Shown here piece by piece: positions 45,759 through 55,536 of a stretch of 64,000 nt of DNA (the first letter of the stretch is position 1; the number at the start of each line of letters is the position of its first letter). The stretch spans positions 728,155-792,154 of the forward strand of contig CBDFNI010000009.1 of the NCBI GenBank assembly GCA_965250175.1, given 5' to 3'. Both the position numbers and the translations under genes were made by a program. The stretch comes from Planctomycetota bacterium (GTDB taxonomy: Bacteria; Planctomycetota; UBA1135; UBA2386). The notes under the pieces were generated by a model. That model saw only the letters and a list, made by a program, of their open reading frames with translations, ran no database searches and had not been told where the DNA came from.

Positions 45759-46709
45759 TTAGCTCAATTCCAGCATGCGTTCCAGGGGGATGGCCGCCGC
45801 CTGGCGCAGTTCTTCGTCCATCTTGATCTCCGGCTGCAGGTCGCGCAGGGCCAGGTAGATCTTCTCCACCGTGTTCAGCTTCATGTGCGGGCACTGATTG
45901 CAGCCTTCGCAGCCGTGGGCGTTTTCTACCGGCACCTCGATGAGGGTCTTTTGCGGTGCCGCCTTGTGCATGGTGTGGATGATGCCGGTCTCGGTGCCCA
46001 CAATGAGAGTCTGCGCCTCGGATTCCCGCACGTAGTTCAGCAGCTTGCGGGTGGAGCCAACGAAGTCGGCGTGGCGCAGGATGTTGGCTTCGCATTCCGG
46101 GTGGGCGATGAAATGGGCGCCTGGGTTCTTCGCCTTCAAGTCGATGATCTTGCGCTCGGAGAAGGTGACGTGCACCTGGCAGGTGCCGGGCCACAGATCC
46201 ATGGGGCGACCGGTTTTTTGGATTAACCACTGGCCCAGATTTTTGTCCGGGGCGAACAGGATGGGGCGATCCTTGGGGAGCGAGCGGATGATCTGCTCAG
46301 CGTTGCTGGAAGTGCAGATGATGTCCGAGGCGGCTTTGGCTTCGGCGGAGCAGTTGATGTAGGTGACCACGTAATGGTCTGGGTTCTTCTGCCGCCAGGC
46401 CCGCAGTTTGTCGCCGGGGCAGGAGTCTGCCAGGGAGCAGCCGGCGTCCAAGTCCGGGATGATCACCGTCTTCTTCGGGTTCAGGATCTTGGCAGTCTCC
46501 GCCATGAAGTGCACGCCACAGAACAGGATCACTTCCACCTGCTCGGCATCCTTGGCTGTGCGGGCCAGGTCCAGGGAGTCGCCCAGGTGGTCCGCCAGGT
46601 CTTGGATGTCCGGGTCCTGGTAGTAGTGGGCCAGGATGGTGGCGTTCCGCTTCTGCTTGAGTTGTTCGATCTCGGCAAAGAGATCTAGGCTCGGGTCGAT
46701 GGCTGTCAT
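45759..46709 (-). CDS. nadA: quinolinate synthase
   Basis: ILAHYYQDPDIQDLAD..GDSL, FCGVHFMAETAKIL, AHPEC and HMK motifs. The start was moved to the ATG at 46709. Confidence 0.9.
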   Translation of the reverse strand: MTAIDPSLDLFAEIEQLKQKRNATILAHYYQDPDIQDLADHLGDSLDLARTAKDAEQVEVILFCGVHFMAETAKILNPKKTVIIPDLDAGCSLADSCPGDKLRAWRQKNPDHYVVTYINCSAEAKAASDIICTSSNAEQIIRSLPKDRPILFAPDKNLGQWLIQKTGRPMDLWPGTCQVHVTFSERKIIDLKAKNPGAHFIAHPECEANILRHADFVGSTRKLLNYVRESEAQTLIVGTETGIIHTMHKAAPQKTLIEVPVENAHGCEGCNQCPHMKLNTVEKIYLALRDLQPEIKMDEELRQAAAIPLERMLELS

Positions 46710-46780
46710 GGCTAGGGGGGATTGTCCAGCGGTGGGGGCTTGTCGCCAAGCCCTGGCAAGAGATCTGCGCAAGTTTGCGC

Positions 46781-49477
46781 CTACTTGCTGACCTTCTTCT
46801 TCGTGGTCTTTTTGGCAGTCTTCTTCTTGGCCTTCTTTTTCTTCTTCTTCGAAGGTCCAAGGGCGGCCCGGGCTTCCAGGAGTTCGATGCCCCTGGCCTG
46901 ATCCACTTCTTCCAGGGATTCACCCTTGGGGACCGAGGCGTTGGTGGTGCCGTCGGTGACGTACGGGCCGTAGCGTCCGTCCAGGATCTTGATCACCTCT
47001 TCGCTTTCCGGGTGTTTGCCCAGTTCCTTCAGCACCTTGGGGGCGGCGCGTTGGCTACGACCTCGGGTCTTGGGTTGGGCGAACAGCTCCATGGCCTTTT
47101 CCAAGGTAATGGTGAGTGGGGATTCTTCGGCGGGGATGCTGCGGGTGTCCTTGCCCCAGCGCAGGTAGGGGCCGAAGCGACCGTCCTGGGCCAGTACTTT
47201 TTCTTCCTTGCCTGGTGCATCTTCGGCGTCGGGAGTTTTCTTGATGCCAAGTTCTCGCGGCAAGGCCAGCACTGCCAGAGCGTCCTCCAGGGTGACGGTT
47301 TCTTCGCTCATGGTCTTCAGCAGGGAAGCCATCTTCGGGCGTTCGCCGTCCAGTTGTTCTGGATCACCCAGTTGGAAGTAGGGACCAAAGCGGCCCACCT
47401 TCACAAAGACATTGAGACCGGATACCGGATCGATGCCCAGGGACTTGGGACCTTCACTGCCCTTGGCCAGAAGTTCCTTGGCCACTTCCAGGGTCAGCTC
47501 GTCGGGAGCCATGCCATCGGGCACGCTGACTCGCAGCCCATCTTGATTCAGGTAGGGCCCATAGCGACCGACACGGATTTCGATGAGCTTGTCATCCTCG
47601 GACTGGCCGAGGGGAATGCTGCAAACTTCCCGCGGGTCGATCTTCTGTTCCACATCCGCCAGGGTGGATTGCAGGCCGGGAGTGCCGTTGCCCAGGTAGA
47701 AGGCGCGCAGGTAATCCAAGCGCTGCCTCTTGCCGTTGCTGATCTCGTCCAGATCGCTTTCCATCTTGGCGGTGAACTCGTAGTCCACCAGATGCGGCAG
47801 GTAGTCGCTCATCAGGCGAACCACGGCGAAGGCGGTGAAGGTCGGCACCAGGGCCGTGCCCTTCTTGTAGCAGTAGTCGCGGGCCAGGATGGTGTCGATG
47901 ATGGAGGCGTAGGTGCTGGGGCGACCAATGCCGCGGGCTTCCATCTCCTTGATCAGGCTGGCTTCCGTGAGTCTGGCTGGTGGCTGCGTGCGATGCTCTT
48001 CGGCACTCAGCTCCTTGGTGCTCACCGTGTCACCGACTTGTACCTGCGGCAGCAGGCGTTCCGCATCGGCCATGGCGCTGTCCGCGTCTTCGGCGCTTTC
48101 CACGTAGGCCAGGCGGAAGCCGGGGAATTCAATGGTGCGACCGGTGGCCTGGAACTCCGCTTCGTCGATGCCCAAGACCAGGGTGGTGCGATGGCCGCGG
48201 GAGTCTTCCATCTGGCTGGCGACAGTGCGCTTCCAGATCAGGTCGTAGAGCTTGCGCTCATCGGGGCCGACTTCTTTGGGTAAATTGTCCGGATGCAAAA
48301 AGGCGGAGCCGGCGGGGCGGATGGCTTCGTGCGCTTCTTGCGCGTTCTTCACCTTGGTCTGGTAGGTGCGCGGTTGTGCCGGCAGGTTTTCCTTGCCGTA
48401 GCTTTCCTGAATCAAGTTGCGGGCAGCACTGATGGCTTCGCCGGACAGGGTGGTGGAGTCGGTCCGCATGTAGGTGATGTGACCGTTCTCATACAGGCGC
48501 TGGGCACCTTGCATGGCGCGCTTGGCAGTGAAGCGCAGTTTGCGACCGGCTTCCTGCTGCAGGGTGCTGGTGGTGAAGGGCGGAGCCGGCCTTTGCTTGT
48601 ACGGCTTCTTTTCCAGGCTGAGCACCTTGACATCCCGACCTTGCAGGCGAGCGGCCAGTTCCTTGGCCTGCTGTTCCTGCACATGCACGGTTGGTTGCGC
48701 GCTCTTGCTTTGCTTCAGTTGACCGGTGTCAGGATCAAAGTCCTTGCCGCTGGCGATGCGCTTGCCATCCAGGCGCACCAGGTTGGCGTCGAAGGCAGCG
48801 TCGGTCTTCGCCTGGAAGTTCCCCTGCAAGTCCCAGTAGCCAGCGGAGATGAAGCGCATGCGCTCCCTCTCTCGTTCCACCACCAGACGCACTGCCACAC
48901 TTTGCACGCGGCCGGCGGAGAGCTTGGGGCGGATCTTCTTCCACAGCAGTGGTGAGATCTGGTAACCAAAGAGGCGATCTACCAGACGGCGGGTTTCCTG
49001 TGCCTCCACCAGATCCGTGTTGATGTCACGGGGATTGGCCAGGGCCTCCATGATGGCCTTCTTGGTGATCTCGTGAAAGACCAGGCGCTTGATCTCCACC
49101 TTGGGCTTGAGTTCCTGCATCAGGTGCCAGGATATGGCCTCCCCTTCGCGGTCTTCATCAGTTGCCAGATAGAGTGTGTCGGCGTCCTTGAGCAGGCTTT
49201 TCAGCCGGCGCATGTGTTCCCGCTTGGCCTTGGGCACCACGTATAAGGGCTTGAAGTCTTCTTCCACCTGGATGCCCAGGCGAGACCACTTCTCCTTCTT
49301 GTACTTGGCTGGCACTTCGGCGGCATTGGCCGGCAGGTCACGGATGTGGCCGACGCTGGCTTCAATGATGTAGTCGGGGCCCAGGTATTTGCCGATGGTG
49401 CGGGCCTTGGCCGGCGATTCGACAATGACCAGTGCCTTGCCCTTCTTCTTGCTGGTGGTCTTTTTCTTGGTGGCCAT
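46781..49477 (-). CDS. topA: DNA topoisomerase I with lysine-rich C-terminal tail
   Basis: LVIVESPAKARTIGKYLG Toprim start, ITYMRTDS active-site Tyr region, and the C-terminal tail KKKKKKAKKKTAKKTTKKKVSK. Confidence 0.9.
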   Translation of the reverse strand: MATKKKTTSKKKGKALVIVESPAKARTIGKYLGPDYIIEASVGHIRDLPANAAEVPAKYKKEKWSRLGIQVEEDFKPLYVVPKAKREHMRRLKSLLKDADTLYLATDEDREGEAISWHLMQELKPKVEIKRLVFHEITKKAIMEALANPRDINTDLVEAQETRRLVDRLFGYQISPLLWKKIRPKLSAGRVQSVAVRLVVERERERMRFISAGYWDLQGNFQAKTDAAFDANLVRLDGKRIASGKDFDPDTGQLKQSKSAQPTVHVQEQQAKELAARLQGRDVKVLSLEKKPYKQRPAPPFTTSTLQQEAGRKLRFTAKRAMQGAQRLYENGHITYMRTDSTTLSGEAISAARNLIQESYGKENLPAQPRTYQTKVKNAQEAHEAIRPAGSAFLHPDNLPKEVGPDERKLYDLIWKRTVASQMEDSRGHRTTLVLGIDEAEFQATGRTIEFPGFRLAYVESAEDADSAMADAERLLPQVQVGDTVSTKELSAEEHRTQPPARLTEASLIKEMEARGIGRPSTYASIIDTILARDYCYKKGTALVPTFTAFAVVRLMSDYLPHLVDYEFTAKMESDLDEISNGKRQRLDYLRAFYLGNGTPGLQSTLADVEQKIDPREVCSIPLGQSEDDKLIEIRVGRYGPYLNQDGLRVSVPDGMAPDELTLEVAKELLAKGSEGPKSLGIDPVSGLNVFVKVGRFGPYFQLGDPEQLDGERPKMASLLKTMSEETVTLEDALAVLALPRELGIKKTPDAEDAPGKEEKVLAQDGRFGPYLRWGKDTRSIPAEESPLTITLEKAMELFAQPKTRGRSQRAAPKVLKELGKHPESEEVIKILDGRYGPYVTDGTTNASVPKGESLEEVDQARGIELLEARAALGPSKKKKKKAKKKTAKKTTKKKVSK

Positions 49478-49762
49478 GGGTTGTGGGGCGGCCTTGTTAG
49501 GGGGTGCTCCGTTAACTTGTCAAGGCTTCTGGTCGGCCGTCTGCTCCGGCGGGGCGCAGAAAGCTGGGATATTTTTTCCTGCGGAGGCCTGGAGGCTTCC
49601 TGGTTTTGGATTCATAAGCCTCTATTACATAAATGCTTACGCGCCATATCCCGACACCCCCCCGCTGGCCAGGGGCAAGGTCTGGCTTGGGGCTCTTGTT
49701 GAGGGGAGAAAAGGCCCTGCTAGGCTGGGAGCAACGCTCGGCAAAGCTCTCGTGACCAGGCA

Positions 49763-51028
49763 ATGGCTCCCACTCCAGTTCAACAGGCTCTATTTGGCGA
49801 CCTGCAGGCGAAGCCTGAGCAGCCGCACCCCTTGATCCCCGCCCTGCGGCGGTTTCGGGAATTTGGTGCCCAGAGTCTGGAAACCCGCCTGATGGCCGGT
49901 GGACGCTCCATGCCCGTGTTCACCAATGAGTTTTGGACCAGCAAGCAAAGGGCCGGGCATAGCCTGCACGAGGTTTCCTACCGGGCCTGCTTCAAGCCGC
50001 AGTTGCCCGCCTTCTTCATGCAGCGGCTAACCCAGCCCGGAGATCTGGTCTATGACCCCTTTGCCGGCCGTGGCACCACCCTGGTGGAAGCGGCCCTGGG
50101 GGGAAGGGTTCCCCTGGGCTGCGATGTGAATCCCCTGAGCCGGGTGTTCACCCTGCCCCGGTTGCGACCGCCAAGCCTGGCAGAGGTGGCGGAGCGCTTG
50201 GCCAGCTTGGACCTGAGCTATAGCGGTGAGTTGCCGGAAGAGCTGTTGGTGTTCTACCACCCAGAAACCCTGGCCCAGATCTGTGCCCTGCGGCAATACC
50301 TGTTGCAGCGTGTAGAAACCGGTGATGGGGTGGATGACTGGATCCGCATGGTGGCGGTGAATCGCCTCACCGGCCATTCCCCGGGTTTCTTCTCGGTCTA
50401 CACCCTGCCGCCCAATCAGGCGGTGACCGTGGATGCCCAGCGCAAGATCAATGACAAACGCCAGCAGCAGCCGGAGCCTCGTCGGGTCAAGGAGTTGATC
50501 CTGCGCAAGAGCCGCGCCTTGCTGCGGGGACTGGACGAGAAGGACCGCCAGGCTCTGGCTGCGGTGCAGGGCCAGGCACGCTTGCTGACGGAGAGAGCGC
50601 AGGACACGCCGGGCATGGAGAGTGACAAGGTGTCCCTGGTGGTGACCTCGCCACCCTTCCTGGACGTGGTGCAGTATGCCGACGACAACTGGCTGCGCTG
50701 TTGGTTCTGTGGCATCGATGCCCCTGGCGTGCCCATTTCCATGTATCGCAAGCTGGAGGACTGGCAGACCTTGATGACTCTGGTGTTCGGCGAGCTCTAT
50801 CGGCTGCTCAAGCCAGGCGGTCACATCGCCTTTGAGGTGGGGGAGATCCGCGGTGGCAAGGTGAAGCTGGAGGAGGCGGTGGTTCCCTGTGGTCTGCAGG
50901 CTGGATTGCAGCCGGTGCTGGTGTTGATCAACGCCCAGGAGTTCACCAAGACCGCCAATTGCTGGGGCGTGGACAACAACCGCAAGGGGACCAACAGCAA
51001 CCGGGTGGTGCTGTTCCGCAAGCCCTGA
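49763..51028 (+). CDS. orphan amino-(N4-C or N6-A) DNA methyltransferase, motif I upstream of motif IV
   Basis: VYDPFAGRGTTLVEA (AdoMet motif I) at about aa 96-110 and VVTSPPFLDV (motif IV, SPPF) at about aa 292-301. No nuclease gene is adjacent. Confidence 0.75.
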   Translation: MAPTPVQQALFGDLQAKPEQPHPLIPALRRFREFGAQSLETRLMAGGRSMPVFTNEFWTSKQRAGHSLHEVSYRACFKPQLPAFFMQRLTQPGDLVYDPFAGRGTTLVEAALGGRVPLGCDVNPLSRVFTLPRLRPPSLAEVAERLASLDLSYSGELPEELLVFYHPETLAQICALRQYLLQRVETGDGVDDWIRMVAVNRLTGHSPGFFSVYTLPPNQAVTVDAQRKINDKRQQQPEPRRVKELILRKSRALLRGLDEKDRQALAAVQGQARLLTERAQDTPGMESDKVSLVVTSPPFLDVVQYADDNWLRCWFCGIDAPGVPISMYRKLEDWQTLMTLVFGELYRLLKPGGHIAFEVGEIRGGKVKLEEAVVPCGLQAGLQPVLVLINAQEFTKTANCWGVDNNRKGTNSNRVVLFRKP

Positions 51029-51325
51029 ACGAAGGCTTGACTCCAGCGGCCAAAGATGCGAGAAGCTGGGGTTCCGGAGGTCCCGGAATTGGCGGTAAAA
51101 TCCTGCCAATTTGACCGTTTCCTGACCTGGGAAAACGACATACATACTTATCAAACACGGACTTATATCCAGATCGAGTAATTACGGTCCGGCATAATCC
51201 ATCCTAACCCAAAGCGCCGTCCCCAGACCCTGTTGCAGGTCACAGGAGTCCCTCCGATGGTTGCTTTTTTCCCCCGCGGCGGGCTTTTTTTGCCCTACCC
51301 GTAAGCCAGGGGAGCAAGTGAGAGC

Positions 51326-53473
51326 ATGAACCAGAAAAAGAAGATCGCCCTCGGTGGTGGGGGCTACGTGAGCTACGCATCAGAGTATCAGCGCTACCAG
51401 ATGGCGCCGGGCTTTGCTGACAACACCTTCATCTACAGCGCCTGCTATCCAGGCCTCTACAACCTGGCCTTCGTGGAAGGGGGTTCGCCCCTCACCATGC
51501 AGATCAAGGACTGGACCATGAAGAATGGTGCCACCGTGGTGACCTACACCGATGGTGGCAACTTCACGGTGACCGAGACCCGCCTGGTGACCACCGATGA
51601 TCGCTGTGTGTCCAACCTGAAGATGGATGTGTCTGGCAAGGCCGAGCGGGAAATCTCTGTCGTCCAGTGGACCATGACCGATGTGGAAGGCGAGGCTCCA
51701 TCCCTGGAGGGAGACAGCTTCCGGATCAAGCGCAAGCTGGACTGTACCGACGGCACCTCGGTGCCAGTGGAGATTGTCTGGAGCAGTCCAAGTTCCAAGG
51801 GCGCCAAGTGTCTGCAGGCCTTCCATTGCGAAGGCGGCAGTGATCGCCCTGACTATGAAGAGACCCCTTGGTATGACATGGGGGAGTTCAAGACGCCGCG
51901 GGCCAAGCGCCCCATGGTGAAGCCCAGTCCAATTCTGGGTTCTGCTCGGGTTTACCTGGGACTGTTCCGCACCTTCAACCTGAAGGCGGGCACCAAGGCC
52001 AACGAGCGCTTCGAAGCCAACATCATCTTCAAGGGCAAAGGCATCAATTACCGGCCCCGTCGTCCGGACCCCAAGGATGAGAATGGCTATCTGGCCTTCA
52101 TGGACAAGGCGCCCAAGTTCCAATGCGAGAGCAAGGAGATCCAGAGGATCGTGCAGCATCGCTTGAACATGCTGCATCTGCTGCGGGTGCAAAACGGTGT
52201 GGGCAACATGAGCAGCCCTGCAGTTTGCGAAGGCATTGGCTTCAAGCATCATGTCACCGCCCAGAGCGCACCTTCCATCATGCGGGAGGCTCGTTGGCTG
52301 GCGGATCCAACCTACGCCCGCGGCCTGATCAAGGTGTTCTTCGAGAACATCCGGCAGAACGGCATGGTGCCTGGCGTCTTGAGCCTGGGCAGCCTGTCAC
52401 AAGCCAATTTCTTCCACGCTGACTGGGGTGGTGGCTTTGAAGCCTTGGACCTGATTCATTCGGATCGGGCCACCAAGCGGGCTGTGCTCATGTCCATGCA
52501 GCGCTATGTGAAGTGGTTGGCCAACAACCGCGACCCGGAAGGCAGTGGTCTGACGGACATCGTCAACCATTTCGAGGCAGGTCAGGAATACTCCCGCCGC
52601 TTCACGGTGGTTTCGGAGAAGAACGACAAGAGCAATGATGAGGAGACGGATCCAGAGGAAACATTCCGCCTGAAGGGTGTGGATGTCAGCGTGTTCCGCT
52701 ACCGGATGGTCAAGTTCCTGGGCCAGGTGGCTGAGGAACTACAGGAGAAGTCCATGGCCAACCGCTTCCATGCGGAAACCGAAGTCATCCATGACATCAT
52801 CCGCAAGCGGATGTGGGATGAGAACAACGGCATCTTCATGGACATTGATCCCAAGAGCCGGCGCCGCACCGGGGTCATGGCTGCTGTGGGCTTCTATCCC
52901 TTGGCCACTGACATCCCCACTCCGGCCATGGTGGACAAGATGCTGTCCACCTTGTCCAACCGCAAGGAGTTCTGGACCAAGTACCCAGTGCCGACCCTTT
53001 CTCAGTCGGACCCCTACTACAATGCAGATGGCCATTGGAAGGGGACTCGTCTGGGCCGGCCAAACAATGGTCGGACCTACCCCGTGGTGAACTCGCAGAT
53101 CATGGAAGGCCTGGTCTACGTTGCTGAGCGCGGCAACAAGAAAGCCCAGAAGATCCTGGGCGAACTGTTCCGGCGAACTGTCTCCATGATGTCCGGCGAG
53201 TTGGATAATGTGGATGTGGCCACCAGCTTCGAGCACTACAGCTCGAATTCCGGCAAGGCTTCCCGGTTCCGCGGCATGGACATGCACATGGGTTCCTTCA
53301 TCATGGACAACATCTTCCGCATTGCCTGCGGTTTTGCCGTCCGCTTTGGTGAAGTGCAATTGGATCCGGTCATCGATGACATGCCGGACTTCAAGATGAA
53401 TGGCGTGCCCGTGGGCAACAAACGATTCACCGTGGAGCGCAAGGGCAAGCGAGCCAAGGTGACACCGGGATAG
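51326..53473 (+). CDS. (alpha/alpha)6-barrel glycoside hydrolase, GH63/MGH1-like (tentative)
   Basis: 715 aa. The C-terminal half has NHFEAGQEYSRRF (resembles the ESGxDxSxRF acid-catalyst block of GH63/GH37-type enzymes) and FYPLATDIP / YPVPTLS blocks. No signal peptide. Confidence 0.55.
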   Translation: MNQKKKIALGGGGYVSYASEYQRYQMAPGFADNTFIYSACYPGLYNLAFVEGGSPLTMQIKDWTMKNGATVVTYTDGGNFTVTETRLVTTDDRCVSNLKMDVSGKAEREISVVQWTMTDVEGEAPSLEGDSFRIKRKLDCTDGTSVPVEIVWSSPSSKGAKCLQAFHCEGGSDRPDYEETPWYDMGEFKTPRAKRPMVKPSPILGSARVYLGLFRTFNLKAGTKANERFEANIIFKGKGINYRPRRPDPKDENGYLAFMDKAPKFQCESKEIQRIVQHRLNMLHLLRVQNGVGNMSSPAVCEGIGFKHHVTAQSAPSIMREARWLADPTYARGLIKVFFENIRQNGMVPGVLSLGSLSQANFFHADWGGGFEALDLIHSDRATKRAVLMSMQRYVKWLANNRDPEGSGLTDIVNHFEAGQEYSRRFTVVSEKNDKSNDEETDPEETFRLKGVDVSVFRYRMVKFLGQVAEELQEKSMANRFHAETEVIHDIIRKRMWDENNGIFMDIDPKSRRRTGVMAAVGFYPLATDIPTPAMVDKMLSTLSNRKEFWTKYPVPTLSQSDPYYNADGHWKGTRLGRPNNGRTYPVVNSQIMEGLVYVAERGNKKAQKILGELFRRTVSMMSGELDNVDVATSFEHYSSNSGKASRFRGMDMHMGSFIMDNIFRIACGFAVRFGEVQLDPVIDDMPDFKMNGVPVGNKRFTVERKGKRAKVTPG

Positions 53474-53511
53474 TTGCTGCCGGTTGCTCCGGCCAATTCC
53501 AAGGCTTATAG

Positions 53512-53558
53512 AGCGGGCCAGATCCTGATTCGGTTAGGATCTGGCCCGCTTTGTTGTT
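53512..53558 (+). terminator. intrinsic terminator
   Basis: Perfect 14-bp stem AGCGGGCCAGATCC / GGATCTGGCCCGCT with an 11-nt loop, followed by TTGTTGTT. Confidence 0.7.
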
Positions 53559-53571
53559 GGAGCCTCTAGCC

Positions 53572-55068
53572 ATGCATAAAACTGCCACCTGTCTCCTTGG
53601 TCTTTTGTTGGGCGCTTGCTCTACCACCCCAGAGCACGCCAACATTGCCGAGATCTACAAGGACGCAGCCCTCAACGAGGTCCGCAACCCGGTGATTGTG
53701 ATCCACGGCATCCTGGGAGCGCGCCTGGCACAGCGCTCTACTGGCAAAACGGTTTGGGGTGCTTTCACCTCCGACACCTTGGACCCTGATTCCAAGGAAG
53801 GTGCCCGTGCGATTGCGTTACCGCTGGAGCCGCCGGCCTGCTGCACTGACTACGATCCGGAGCAGGAGGATGTCTATGCCGCGGGGCCATTGACTGCGTT
53901 GAAGGTGAGCATCCTGTTCAACATCATCTCGGTGAAGATCTATGCCAACATCATCAGGGCGCTGGGGGCCGGTGGCTACACGGATCCCATTGCCTATGAG
54001 CCCTTGAGTCCGCGCTACGCCGACGATCACTTCACCTGCTACACCTTCTTCTATGATTGGCGCCGGGACAATGTGCAAAACGCAGTCGCACTGCACAAGT
54101 TCATCCAGGAAAGTCGCAAGGAGATTGATCGCCGCGCGATGCTGAAGATCAAAAAGCTGCGGCAAGAGGGCAGCGAGGAATCCATCATGCATGCAACGGA
54201 ACTGCTGGCATGGTTGGGCAAGGGCTATCGTTTCGACATTGTTGCCCACTCCATGGGCGGGCTTCTGGCCCGCTACTACCTGCGTTATGGTGCGGCGGAC
54301 CTGCCGGAAGACGGCACTCAAGCAACGGTGACCTGGGCTGGCAGCAAGGAAGTGGATCGCATGATCCTGGTGGGCACGCCCAACCTGGGTTCCATTGATT
54401 CGCTGCGCCAACTGCAGGAGGGATTCAAACCGGGCTTCCTGCTACCCCGTTATCACAAAGCCCTGCTGGGCAGTATGGCGTCCATCTACCAGTTGCTGCC
54501 GCGGAGCCGGCATGGCGTGCTGTTGGACAGCAACAAGCAGGCGGCGAAGGTGGATCTGATGGATCCTGAAGTCTGGCGACAAAATGGTTGGGGGCTGATG
54601 GACAAGAAGGCGGACAAGATGCTGCAGTGGTTGTTGCCGGAAGCGAAGACCACCGAAGAACGACGAGACAAGGCCTATACCTATCTGCAATGGTGCCTGG
54701 AGCGAGCTCGTTTGTTTCATGCCGCCATGGACAAGAAGCCGGAAAACCCATGCCCTTCTCGCATCTACCTCTTTGCTTCCGGTAGTCGGCCAACCTTGAC
54801 CCGTGCCCTGCTGAAGAAAAAAGGCGATCGCTTGCTGCCAAGCTTTGGCAACAGCAGCGCCCTGCTATCCCCTGGTGATGAAACAGTGCCCAGGTACAGC
54901 GCGGTTGGTGACGAGCGCGAGGGCAAGCCATTTCAATTTGGTCTGCAGAGCAATATCCCTTGGACCAACAAGACATTCTTGAGCGGTGACCATCTGGGGC
55001 TGACCATGAACGCTGAGTTCACCGACAACATGTTGCACATCTTGTTGGAAGAAGCTCCCAGCCAGTAG
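53572..55068 (+). CDS. alpha/beta-hydrolase lipoprotein (LCAT/lipase-like)
   Basis: MHKTATCLLGLLLGAC lipobox, VIVIHGILG, and the VAHSMGGLLARYY nucleophile elbow. Confidence 0.7.
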   Translation: MHKTATCLLGLLLGACSTTPEHANIAEIYKDAALNEVRNPVIVIHGILGARLAQRSTGKTVWGAFTSDTLDPDSKEGARAIALPLEPPACCTDYDPEQEDVYAAGPLTALKVSILFNIISVKIYANIIRALGAGGYTDPIAYEPLSPRYADDHFTCYTFFYDWRRDNVQNAVALHKFIQESRKEIDRRAMLKIKKLRQEGSEESIMHATELLAWLGKGYRFDIVAHSMGGLLARYYLRYGAADLPEDGTQATVTWAGSKEVDRMILVGTPNLGSIDSLRQLQEGFKPGFLLPRYHKALLGSMASIYQLLPRSRHGVLLDSNKQAAKVDLMDPEVWRQNGWGLMDKKADKMLQWLLPEAKTTEERRDKAYTYLQWCLERARLFHAAMDKKPENPCPSRIYLFASGSRPTLTRALLKKKGDRLLPSFGNSSALLSPGDETVPRYSAVGDEREGKPFQFGLQSNIPWTNKTFLSGDHLGLTMNAEFTDNMLHILLEEAPSQ

Positions 55069-55077
55069 TTGTTGTCC

Positions 55078-55536
55078 ATGACTGGGGTTCACATCATCAA
55101 CGTGCAAACGCCTGCCCAATTGGAGCGGGCCTTTACCATTCGCCGCCAGGTTTTTGTCGTTGGGCAGGGAGTGAGCGAGGAAGTGGAAATCGATGGCTTG
55201 GATGATCAGGCGCTGCACCTACTGGCCATCAACGAGGAAGGGCCGGTGGGCACCATGCGCATGCGCCTTCTGGATGCGGGAGTCGATGCGAGAGCCATTG
55301 TGAAGATGGAACGAGTGGCGGTGCTGGCTGCCTATCGCGGTCAGGGCATCGGCCGAGAGTTGATGCTTGCGGCTCTAGGCTGGGCCAGGCAGTCAAGTGC
55401 TGGGCTGGTCAAGTTGCACGCACAGACCCAGGTGCGAGATTTCTATGACAAGCTGGGCTTCGTTGCCTATGGCGACGAATTCATGGAAGACAACATCCCG
55501 CACATCGCCATGCGGATGCAGCTCAAACCTGACTAG
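55078..55536 (+). CDS. GNAT-family N-acetyltransferase
   Basis: RVAVLAAYRGQGIGRELM (Q/RxxGxG/A acetyl-CoA motif). The ATG at 55078 is preferred over the TTG at 55069. Confidence 0.8.
   Translation: MTGVHIINVQTPAQLERAFTIRRQVFVVGQGVSEEVEIDGLDDQALHLLAINEEGPVGTMRMRLLDAGVDARAIVKMERVAVLAAYRGQGIGRELMLAALGWARQSSAGLVKLHAQTQVRDFYDKLGFVAYGDEFMEDNIPHIAMRMQLKPD

Noticed and set aside
46775-51154. Long antisense ORFs opposite topA (46775..48283 +) and the methyltransferase (50027..51154 -)
   Set aside because: Same reasoning as above: they are shadows of well-supported genes.
51270-51300. Hairpin/terminator in TTTTTTCCCCCGCGGCGGGCTTTTTTT upstream of the glycoside hydrolase gene
   Set aside because: Only a 3-bp stem can form once a sterically possible loop is allowed. 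This is too weak to call.
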